Assembly (NCBI GenBank): GCA_051002595.1
Contig: JBPCMD010000069.1
Span: forward strand, 13,544 to 77,543
Direction of reading: 5' to 3'
DNA length: 64,000 bases
From: Gaiellaceae bacterium
GTDB taxonomy: Bacteria > Actinomycetota > Thermoleophilia > Gaiellales > Gaiellaceae
In this document: positions 18,814-26,278 of the stretch, in pieces
How positions within the stretch are numbered: position 1 is the first letter of the stretch
Layout: every line of letters begins with the position of its first letter
The notes under the pieces: model-generated
Database searches by the model: none
Told to the model about the DNA's origin: nothing
The model's input: only the letters and a program-made list of their open reading frames with translations
Made by a program: the position numbers and the translations under genes

Positions 18814-18974
18814 TGTCGGCTCTGTCCACAGTCGGCACCCACCGGCGGCTGCAAAGCGGCGCCATGCGTCGTCCTCGGTCGCGTCCGTACCTTTTTGGTA
18901 CGAACACTCCCTGCGTCCTAGCCTGGCTTGCTTTTCGCTCGCCGCTCGGCACCGACTGTGAACGGAGACGACAC
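18813..18974. repeat. 162-bp spacer element bounded by 27-bp imperfect inverted repeats (MITE-like insert or long-range RNA stem)
   Basis: The left arm is GTGTCGGCTCTGTCCACAGTCGGCACC (18813-18839). The reverse complement of the right arm is GTGTCGTCTCCGTTCACAGTCGGTGCC (18948-18974). They match at 22/27 by hand alignment. An internal hairpin CGTACC-TTTTT-GGTACG lies at 18886-18902. Confidence 0.4.
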
Positions 18975-18979
18975 ACTTG

Positions 18980-20074
18980 ATGCAAGTACCTCTGAAGATC
19001 TGGCGCTACGACCCGGTCGCGGGTCAGAAGAAGCTCGTCGAGTACGAGGTCGAGGCCCCCGAGTGGGTGACGCTTCTCGACGTGCTCGACCTGATCAAGG
19101 ACAGGGTCGACGGGACGCTCGCGTACCGCAAGAGCTGCCGGATGATGATCTGCGGCTCGTGTGGGATGCGCATGGACGGGGCGGCCGTCCTGGCCTGCAA
19201 GACCCGCATGTACGACATCGTCCAGTCCGGCCACGTCCCGGTGATCTCCGCGATGGGGAACCTCCCGGTCGTCAAGGATCTCGTCGTGGACATGGAGCCC
19301 TTCTGGGGGAAGATCCGCGCGGTACAGCCGTGGCTCGATTCCGGCTACAGCGATCCCGGCGAGAAGGAGCACGTCGTCTCGCAGGAGCAGATGGACGTCA
19401 TCCACAAGGAGTCGCTCTGCATCATGTGCGGCTGCTGCGTCTCGGAGTGCAACTCGATGGAGGCCGACCCCGACTTCCTCGGCCCGGCCGCGCTCGCAAA
19501 GGGCATGCGCTTCGTCGGCGACGCCCGCGACAAGACGGAAGTCGAGCGGCTCCAGTCCTACTCGGGGGAGCACGGGATCTGGGACTGCACGCGCTGTTAC
19601 TTCTGCCAGGAGCGCTGTCCGAAGGGCGTCGATCCGCGCGATGCGATCGCCAAGCTGGGCGCGCAGGCGATGGCGAAGGGCATCGATACGGACCTGGGTG
19701 CGAAGCACGCGAAGTGGTTCGTGACCTCCGCGAAGACGACAGGCTGGCTCCGTGAGACCGAGCTCGTCCCGAAGACCCAGGGCGTCGTCAGCGCGATCAC
19801 GGAGGTCGGATTCGCCATGCAGCTCTTCAAGCGCGGCAAGGTGCCGCCTCCGGTTCCGCCCCATGTGGCGGAGAACGTGGGCGAGGCGCGGGCGCTCTAC
19901 GACCTCGTCAAGCAGCAGGGCCGAGACGGCGCGGCGGGAATCGTGCAGGTCGAGAAGCCGCTCGGACGGCTTGAGTTCGAGCACGAGCAGGAGGGGCACG
20001 AGCCGTACGGCGAGGGCTCCTTCCCGAGGCCGCAACCGCTTCTGGGCGAGGACGAGGCGCCGACGACGCAATGA
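18980..20074 (+). CDS. sdhB: Succinate dehydrogenase iron-sulfur subunit, type-E-like with C-terminal extension
   Basis: 2Fe-2S motif SCRMMICGSCGMRMDG..LAC. CIMCGCCVSEC. The third cluster motif CTRCYFCQERCP contains an extra Cys. About 100 extra C-terminal residues. The ATG at 18980 is preferred over the TTG at 18977. Confidence 0.85.
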   Translation: MQVPLKIWRYDPVAGQKKLVEYEVEAPEWVTLLDVLDLIKDRVDGTLAYRKSCRMMICGSCGMRMDGAAVLACKTRMYDIVQSGHVPVISAMGNLPVVKDLVVDMEPFWGKIRAVQPWLDSGYSDPGEKEHVVSQEQMDVIHKESLCIMCGCCVSECNSMEADPDFLGPAALAKGMRFVGDARDKTEVERLQSYSGEHGIWDCTRCYFCQERCPKGVDPRDAIAKLGAQAMAKGIDTDLGAKHAKWFVTSAKTTGWLRETELVPKTQGVVSAITEVGFAMQLFKRGKVPPPVPPHVAENVGEARALYDLVKQQGRDGAAGIVQVEKPLGRLEFEHEQEGHEPYGEGSFPRPQPLLGEDEAPTTQ

Positions 20075-20955
20075 GAACGGTTGCCTACTACAAGGGCTGT
20101 CTCGCATCGCTTTCCGCGAAGGAGCTCGACATCTCGACGCAGGCGCTCGCGCCCAAGGTCGGCCTGGAGCTGGTCGAGCTCGAGTCGGTCACCTGCTGCG
20201 GCGCCGGCGACATCCACGAGGCGGAGCCCGACTTCTACCTGCACCTGAACGCGCGCATCCTCGCCTACGCGGAGGAGACCGGCGCGGACACGCTAATGAC
20301 GGTGTGCAACGTCTGCACGCTCAATCTGCGCCAGGCTAACCATGCGCTCAAGGGCGACGCCGCGCTCCTCGACCGGGTGAACGAGAACCTGGAAGCTGTG
20401 GGAGCGCCACAGTACTCGGGTGGCGTCGAGGTCCTGCACCTCCTCTGGCTGGTCGCGGCCGGAGAAGGGTACGAGCTGCTCCAGGAGGCGGCGCACAAAG
20501 GGCTCAAGGGACTCAAGATCGCGCCCTTCTACGGCTGCCAGATCCTTCGTCCGTCGAAGCTCCTCGGCTTCGAGGATCCGGACAAGCCCTCGTCGCTCGA
20601 GCGCATCATCGAGGCCTGCGGCGGTGAGCCGATCGACTATCCGGCCAAGATCAAGTGCTGTGGCTTTCCGATCATCCAGGCGCGCGAGGAAGTCGCGCTG
20701 GCCGAGCTCATCCAGCCGATCGAGCAGGCGCGCGAGGCTGGCGCCGACGCGATGGTGACGCCCTGCCCGCTCTGCCACCTCTCGCTGGATGCCTGGCAGC
20801 TCAAGCTCCGCGAGCAGACGGGAAAGGACTTCCAGATGCCGATCCTGCATCTCTCGCAGCTGATCGGCGTCGCCGCCGGTCTCGACGGCGCCGACCTCAA
20901 GTTCAAGCGCCACGTGATCTCGGTCGCGCCCGTCGTCGAGAAGCTGTCCGTCTGA
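20071..20955 (+). CDS. HdrB-like CCG-domain protein (SdhE-type subunit of non-classical succinate dehydrogenase)
   Basis: Two Cys-rich CCG-type motifs (VTCCGAGD and IKCCGFP), plus YYKGC, FYGCQ and TPCPLCH. The ATG overlaps the sdhB stop (ATGA). Confidence 0.75.
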   Translation: MRTVAYYKGCLASLSAKELDISTQALAPKVGLELVELESVTCCGAGDIHEAEPDFYLHLNARILAYAEETGADTLMTVCNVCTLNLRQANHALKGDAALLDRVNENLEAVGAPQYSGGVEVLHLLWLVAAGEGYELLQEAAHKGLKGLKIAPFYGCQILRPSKLLGFEDPDKPSSLERIIEACGGEPIDYPAKIKCCGFPIIQAREEVALAELIQPIEQAREAGADAMVTPCPLCHLSLDAWQLKLREQTGKDFQMPILHLSQLIGVAAGLDGADLKFKRHVISVAPVVEKLSV

Positions 20956-20962
20956 TCTCCCT

Positions 20963-20985
20963 CCAAGTGACACAGTGTCACTTGG
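20963..20985. repeat. Perfect 10-bp-arm palindrome CCAAGTGACA-cag-TGTCACTTGG after the sdh operon
   Basis: Read directly. It starts 8 nt after the sdhE-like stop. The GTG start (20975) of the next gene lies in the loop and stem. Confidence 0.6.
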
Positions 20986-21814
20986 TCTGCTGATGGTCGC
21001 CTGGATCTTCGCTGTCATCGTGGCAGCAGCGGGAGGCGTGCTCGCCTGGGGTTGGTTCGAGGCGGGATGGCTGAGGAAGCGGGTGCTCGAGATCGAGGTC
21101 GAGGGCGTCCCGGCCGAGCTCGACGGCCTCCGCATCGCCCATCTCTCCGACTTCCACCTCGGCGTGCCCTCACGAGGCAAGAGAGCGGTCGACGAGGCGG
21201 TGACCTGGGTCGCGGAGCGGCGTCCCGAGCTTGTGTGTGTGACCGGGGATCTTCTCTCGCGTCGCTCCGGCCGTCTCGAGCTCGAGCGGCTGCTCGAGAA
21301 GCTCGCCCCCTGTCTTCTCGTCCTAGGGAACCACGACTTCGCGGACAGCCGCGACCCGTTCTCGCAGCGCATCGATCCGGCGCTCTACGCCGCACTCGAG
21401 GGAGTGGTCGTGCTCGGTGACGAGACGGTCGACCTCGAGCTGCGCGGTCGGCGCGTGCAGATCGTGGGCGTCGAGCCGCGGACCTACGCGTCACGCAACG
21501 CGGAGCCGCACCTGCTCGCCGATCGCGACGCGGCGCTCCGCATCCTGCTCTGCCACTTCCCCGGGATCGCGAGGCGTATTCCTCCGGGATCGTTCGACCT
21601 GATCCTCGCGGGGCACTACCACGCCGGCCAGATCGTGGCGCCGTTCCCCGGCGGTGGGCTCAACCTCGCCCATCCACGAATACGAGACCTCCAGGGCGTC
21701 TACCGCTACGGCTCGACGTCGCTCCACGTGTCCTCCGGCCTGGGGACGACATTCATGCCGTTTCGCTTCTTCGCCCGGCCCGAGGTCACCGAGCTGGTTG
21801 TACGATCGAAGTGA
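20975..21814 (+). CDS. Membrane-anchored metallophosphoesterase
   Basis: N-terminal TM segment LLMVAWIFAVIVAAAGGVLAWGW. HLSDFHLG, GDLLS, GNHD and GHYHAG motifs. Confidence 0.75.
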   Translation: MSLGLLMVAWIFAVIVAAAGGVLAWGWFEAGWLRKRVLEIEVEGVPAELDGLRIAHLSDFHLGVPSRGKRAVDEAVTWVAERRPELVCVTGDLLSRRSGRLELERLLEKLAPCLLVLGNHDFADSRDPFSQRIDPALYAALEGVVVLGDETVDLELRGRRVQIVGVEPRTYASRNAEPHLLADRDAALRILLCHFPGIARRIPPGSFDLILAGHYHAGQIVAPFPGGGLNLAHPRIRDLQGVYRYGSTSLHVSSGLGTTFMPFRFFARPEVTELVVRSK

Positions 21815-22122
21815 TGGAGCAGGCCCTCATCGCGGCGGACGTGCTCAAACGGTACGCGGCCGACGCCGCTCTCGGGGTCAGCGGCGTCGCCGGGCTCGCA
21901 AACGGCCCACTCAACCGGGGAAAGTCCGTGTCCGTCTCAGGCGACGAGGACACACTCGCGATCGAGCTCAACCTCGAGCTCGAGTGGGGCCAGAGCTGCG
22001 CGGAGGTCGGCAAGGAGGTGCAGCGGCGCGTCTCGGAGTATCTCGAGCGGATGGCGAACGTCACGCCCGCGTCGGTCGAGGTCGTCGTCGGCGCCGTGAG
22101 CCCGCCTCCGCCCAGACGATGA
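21811..22122 (+). CDS. Asp23/Gls24-family envelope stress protein
   Basis: YAADAALGVSGV...VSV......L.IEL.LE...G.S..EV...VQ..V...L..M Asp23 pattern. 103 aa. Confidence 0.7.
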   Translation: MMEQALIAADVLKRYAADAALGVSGVAGLANGPLNRGKSVSVSGDEDTLAIELNLELEWGQSCAEVGKEVQRRVSEYLERMANVTPASVEVVVGAVSPPPPRR

Positions 22123-22739
22123 CGTCCCGCCTCACCGGGCTCACGGGAGCGACGCTCGAGACCGCTCCCTCCGTCTGCCAGACCTGCGTTTGGTGGCAGA
22201 CACGGGGAAACCGCGAGCCCGAGAAGCGGAAGTGGGTCGAGCGGGCCGAGGCGGAATGGGGGGCGTGGGGCACGATCTACCGAGACGACGACGGCCGCGT
22301 GCTCGGCTCCATGCAGTACGGGCCGTCGCAGCTCTTCCCTCGCGCCGCCGATCTTCCAGCGGGGCCCGCGTCGGACGACGCGGTGCTCGTCACGTGCGCG
22401 TATCTGCTGTCGGACTCGCAGCCGTGGGTGGAGCAGTCGTTGTTCTTGGCGGCGATCGGAGAGACCCGGGACAAGGGCGTCCGCGCCCTCGAGGCGTTCG
22501 CGTACCGCTACCGCGAGGGAACTCCTCCGGCGGAGCGGTTCCTCGTGCATCGAACGGTCTTTCCGAGAGACTTCCTGGCCGACTTCGGGTTTCACACGCT
22601 CCGCTCCGCCGGACGCATCGAGCTCGCGCGGCTCGAGCTCGGAGGATTGCAGCCGGTCGAGGAGGGCACGCGGGAAAAGGTGCTGAAGGTCGTCAAGGAC
22701 GCGTTCCAGCCGGCGCCTGCTCCCGCGCCGCCTGGTTAG
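22119..22739 (+). CDS. Hypothetical protein (possible GNAT-fold), N-terminal CxxCxWW motif
   Basis: In-frame ATG at 22119 of ORF 21654..22739 overlaps the Asp23 stop (ATGA). PSVCQTCVWWQ is present. The function is not recognised with confidence. Confidence 0.4.
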   Translation: MTSRLTGLTGATLETAPSVCQTCVWWQTRGNREPEKRKWVERAEAEWGAWGTIYRDDDGRVLGSMQYGPSQLFPRAADLPAGPASDDAVLVTCAYLLSDSQPWVEQSLFLAAIGETRDKGVRALEAFAYRYREGTPPAERFLVHRTVFPRDFLADFGFHTLRSAGRIELARLELGGLQPVEEGTREKVLKVVKDAFQPAPAPAPPG

Positions 22740-23671
22740 ACAGCTGCGCGACTTCTAAGCAGGAGCTCGACGATCTGGATCGCGTTCAAGGCCGCGCCCT
22801 TGCGCAGGTTGTCGCAGGCGAGGAAGAGCGCGAGCCCGTTCTCCGCGGCGTGGTCCTCGCGGATGCGACCGACCAGCACCTCGTCGAGCCCCGTCGCCGC
22901 CAGCGGCGAGGGAAACTGCTCGAGGCGAAGACCAGGCGCCTCCCCGAGGAGCATTTGCGCCTGATCGGGCCGGAGCGGCTCCTCGGTCTCCACCCAGAGC
23001 GCCTCGGCATGTCCGACCAGAACGGGAACGCGGACACACGTCGCGCTGACGGGCAGTTCCGGCAGCTCGAGGATCTTCTGCGTCTCTGCGCGGATCTTCG
23101 ACTCCTCTTCGAGCTCGACTCCGTCGAAGTCCCAATCCATGCGTAGATCGTGCTTCTCAACGGGCTCCTCGAGGAGCCGCTGCATGGCCTGCGAGCCTGC
23201 GCCGGCGGCCGACTGATACGTCGCCACTCGGACGCGGCGAAGACCGACGGCATCGCGAAGCGGCGCCAGCACCATGGCCAGGGGAATGGAGCAGCAGTTC
23301 GGATTCGCGACAATCCCGGAGTTCTCACGGGCGCGCTCGCCGTTCACCTCCGGCACGACGAGGGGAACCCCGTCCTGCAGCCGAAACGCGGACGACTTGT
23401 CGACGCAGAGGGCGCCGGCCCGAGCCGCAGGCGGGACGAGCTCGCGGCTCGCTGACGCTCCGACCGAGAACAGGCAGATGTCCAACTCGGCGGCGCCGAG
23501 CGCCTCGGGAGTGGCTTCCTCGACGGTGAGATCGCCGAGCCGCATGCCCGCCGACCGCGAGGATGCGAACACGCGAATCGATTCGTGACCTCGTTCGCGC
23601 AGGAGCTCCAGAGTGACCCGCCCGACGGCGCCGGTCGCGCCGACGACACCGATTTGCGCGTCGTCACGCAT
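22736..23671 (-). CDS. asd: Aspartate-semialdehyde dehydrogenase
   Basis: IGVVGATGAVG, VANPNCCSIPL (active-site Cys) and TYQSAAGAG motifs. Confidence 0.9.
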   Translation of the reverse strand: MRDDAQIGVVGATGAVGRVTLELLRERGHESIRVFASSRSAGMRLGDLTVEEATPEALGAAELDICLFSVGASASRELVPPAARAGALCVDKSSAFRLQDGVPLVVPEVNGERARENSGIVANPNCCSIPLAMVLAPLRDAVGLRRVRVATYQSAAGAGSQAMQRLLEEPVEKHDLRMDWDFDGVELEEESKIRAETQKILELPELPVSATCVRVPVLVGHAEALWVETEEPLRPDQAQMLLGEAPGLRLEQFPSPLAATGLDEVLVGRIREDHAAENGLALFLACDNLRKGAALNAIQIVELLLRSRAAV

Positions 23672-23703
23672 GTCGGTGCTCTTCGAACGCGACGAGATTT
23701 CCC

Positions 23704-23747
23704 CAAAAAAACACTGAACCGGCTGACCCGAAGGCCCGCCGGTTCAG
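23704..23747 (-). terminator. Intrinsic terminator-like hairpin plus U-tract, downstream of recR and 33 nt upstream of asd
   Basis: The minus strand reads CTGAACCGGC-gggccttcgggtca-GCCGGTTCAG-TGTTTTTTTGGGG. This is a 10-bp stem followed by T7. Confidence 0.65.
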
Positions 23748-23829
23748 TAGGAGCACTCTAGGAAGCTGACGGGACGGATGCAAGTGTCCGTTCAAGCAAA
23801 AAGCCGCAAATTGCGCAAAAATCAATCCG

Positions 23830-24420
23830 TCACATCTCCCTGCGACCGGAGAGAGCTCGGCCGAGCGTCACCTCGTCCGCGTATTCGAGGTCGCCGCCGA
23901 CCGGAAGGCCGCTCGCAAGCCGGGTGACGCGCACTCTCCCGCGCAGCTTGTCGGCGAGATAGGCCGCTGTCGCCTCCCCGGTCATCGTCGGGTTGGTTGC
24001 GAGGACGATCTCCTCCACTTCGCCTCGCTCGATCCGCGCCAAGAGCCCTCCGATCCGCAGATCCGACGGCTCGACGCCGTCGAGTGGCGAAAGAGCCCCG
24101 CCCAGGACGTGATAGAGCCCGCGGTACTCGTGCGTTCGCTCGAGTGACACCACATCGACCGGCTGCTCGACCACGCAGATGACCGAGCGGTCGCGGCGCA
24201 TGTCCGAGCACACGCCGCAGAGCTCCTCCTCGGTGAGGTTTCCGCACTCCCGGCAGAACCGCACGCGGGCCTTGACCTCCTCGATCGCGCGCGCGAGCCC
24301 GACGGCGTCCTCCGCGCGAGCTGAGAGGAGATGGAACGCGAGTCGCTGAGCCGTCCGCCGTCCAATACCAGGCAGCTTCGCGAGCTGGACAACAAGGTTT
24401 TCGACCGACGGGCTCAGCAA
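23830..24420 (-). CDS. recR: Recombination protein RecR
   Basis: LPGIGRRTAQRLAFHL (HhH), CRECGNLTEEELCGVC (Zn finger) and Toprim VLATNPTMTGEATA. TTG start. Confidence 0.9.
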   Translation of the reverse strand: MLSPSVENLVVQLAKLPGIGRRTAQRLAFHLLSARAEDAVGLARAIEEVKARVRFCRECGNLTEEELCGVCSDMRRDRSVICVVEQPVDVVSLERTHEYRGLYHVLGGALSPLDGVEPSDLRIGGLLARIERGEVEEIVLATNPTMTGEATAAYLADKLRGRVRVTRLASGLPVGGDLEYADEVTLGRALSGRREM

Positions 24421-24466
24421 GTGAGGAGCGTAGCCGTCGTGCGGACATTGATGCTACCGCAGGAGC

Positions 24467-25282
24467 CTAGGACGCTTTATGCACGATCCAGATGTCTTCG
24501 CTCGGCCAGCGTTTTGCCCATTCGTGGGACGCGAAGTCATAGCCAGCCTTGGCTCCGAACGGGGCTTGAACCTCGGTCAGGTTCTCGAGCACGAACCCCG
24601 TTGCATGCAAGAGCTGCACCCATTCGCCGTGTGTGAGATGGAACTCGACCGCACCGTCGCCGGGAAATTCGACCAGATGCGTGTCGAAGTAGTCTCGCAC
24701 GAGACGATCCTCCGCCGGCCCGCCGTCCCGGGGCGTACACGCCATGAGAACGGGGCTGTTGGTGATGAAGATGAGCCGGCCGTCGTCACGAAGTACGCGA
24801 TGGGCCTCGGGCAGCCAGCGTCGAGGATCGCACCACAGGCTGGCGCCGTATTCTGAGATCACCAGATCGAAGCTCCCGTCATCGAAGTGGAGCTTCTCCG
24901 CGTTCGCGCGCAGGAGGCCGAACGAGAGGCCAAAGTCGCGCTCGAGCTGCGCCGCGGTCTCGAGTTGCGTGCGAGAGATGTCGACGCCGATCGGACGAAA
25001 ACCCAGTCGAGAGAGCCACGCGGAGATGGCGGCGGTACCGGAGCCGAGTTCGATGACGTCTCCTCCGGCCTTGACGCCCTCGAGCAGTCGAAGCTCCGCC
25101 TCGGGTATGCGCCAAAGCCCCCAGCTCAAGGGCTCTCGCCAGGCCTTGCGCCCCGCTGCCTCGTATCCCGGAGCCCATCGTTCCCACGCGACCCTGTTTC
25201 GCTCGATGTAGTCAAGGCCGGTCACGTCCGGCAGGGAGAGCCCGTCGCCCGAGCGTCCTTGGTCGGGGTTCGTGGTAGCCAT
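24467..25282 (-). CDS. Class I SAM-dependent methyltransferase
   Basis: Internal ATG (MATTNPDQ) of ORF 24467..25363. Motif I VIELGSGTAA, and FDLVISEYGA. Confidence 0.7.
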   Translation of the reverse strand: MATTNPDQGRSGDGLSLPDVTGLDYIERNRVAWERWAPGYEAAGRKAWREPLSWGLWRIPEAELRLLEGVKAGGDVIELGSGTAAISAWLSRLGFRPIGVDISRTQLETAAQLERDFGLSFGLLRANAEKLHFDDGSFDLVISEYGASLWCDPRRWLPEAHRVLRDDGRLIFITNSPVLMACTPRDGGPAEDRLVRDYFDTHLVEFPGDGAVEFHLTHGEWVQLLHATGFVLENLTEVQAPFGAKAGYDFASHEWAKRWPSEDIWIVHKAS

Positions 25283-25406
25283 GAGCGTTGGGATACCCGT
25301 TGAGCGCACCCGCGGAACGCTAGCGCGAGCCCTACCTCGACGTCCAGGCCGTCCGGCTCGCAAGTCTTTCTAGTCGCAATGACCGTGGGTACAGCGAACC
25401 AGCCGG

Positions 25407-26126
25407 GTGACCGATGAGACGTTCGTGACGTACGACCTTGGGTCAGGATCGAAGGAGTTCGACGTGACTCCGGAGCTGGTGCTCGTCGATCCGTTGCTGT
25501 CCGAACGTGCCCGCGCGCAGCTCATGCCGCCCGACGACACGCTGGCGCGACTGCAGTACCTGATTGCGATCTCGCGGATGGCATCTCTGGCGCAGTGCAT
25601 ACCGGAGTCTGAGCTCCGCCGCTCGGCGACGGTGTCTACGACGCGGCGGACCGGGACGAGGCATCGTCGTTCCATGATCGTCAGTGGGAGCGCGGCTGCC
25701 GGTGTGTTGGCGATGGCACTCCTGTTGGGTGTGCGGGTACATCTGAGCGGTGGCCCGGCTGAAGCGGACACCGTAGTGGTCGACACGCCGATCGTCGACT
25801 CCGTGCCAGACGCGCTGGTCGCCCCCAATCCCACTGAGGGTCGCGCCCGCGCACGAGATCCATTGGCGGCCGTTTCGCAGCGATTCGCGTGGGCCCCTGC
25901 GCCGGGCGCCTCCGGCTACCACGTCGAGCTCTTCCGGGGGGCGTCGAAGATATTCGAGACCGACACGCGAGGCCCCTTCGTGACGGTCCCCACTACCTGG
26001 AAACTCGGACAGCGAGTCCACGTTCTCGAGCCCGGGAGATACCGCTGGTACGTGTGGCCACTGATCTCCGGAAGGCGATCAGGCATGGCAATCGTCCAGG
26101 CTCGACTCGAGGTTCCAGCTTCCTAG
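25407..26126 (+). CDS. Single-pass membrane protein, unknown function, C-terminal Ig/Fn3-like domain
   Basis: Central TM segment MIVSGSAAAGVLAMALLLGV. The C-terminus FAWAPAPGASGYHVELFRG...GRYRWYVWP has a beta-sandwich-like pattern. GTG start. Confidence 0.45.
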   Translation: MTDETFVTYDLGSGSKEFDVTPELVLVDPLLSERARAQLMPPDDTLARLQYLIAISRMASLAQCIPESELRRSATVSTTRRTGTRHRRSMIVSGSAAAGVLAMALLLGVRVHLSGGPAEADTVVVDTPIVDSVPDALVAPNPTEGRARARDPLAAVSQRFAWAPAPGASGYHVELFRGASKIFETDTRGPFVTVPTTWKLGQRVHVLEPGRYRWYVWPLISGRRSGMAIVQARLEVPAS

Positions 26127-26219
26127 CCACTCGTTCGGGGCCACCTGGAGCCGCGTGAGTGGTGTCACTCACAGGGGGGAAGTCATCCGCATGGTTTAGC
26201 CACGTCGACCTGGCCAAAC

Positions 26220-26227
26220 GGGGGGGG
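26220..26227. repeat. G8 homopolymer tract about 50 nt upstream of the Fn3/lyase gene
   Basis: Read directly: aaacGGGGGGGGatcacccgttGGGGGG. It is embedded in the inverted repeat AACGGG...CCCGTT. Confidence 0.6.
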
Positions 26228-26278
26228 ATCACCCGTTGGGGGGTCTAGGTCTGGGACGCTCGACCGACGACTGGGGTC

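Noticed and set aside
18861-18979. 38-codon ORF (MRRPRSRPYLFGTNTPCVLAWLAFRSPLGTDCERRRHT) in the sdhA-sdhB spacer, as a candidate SdhF or small subunit
   Set aside because: It has no RBS, no convincing TM helix and poor codon bias. The region is better explained by the inverted-repeat-bounded element.
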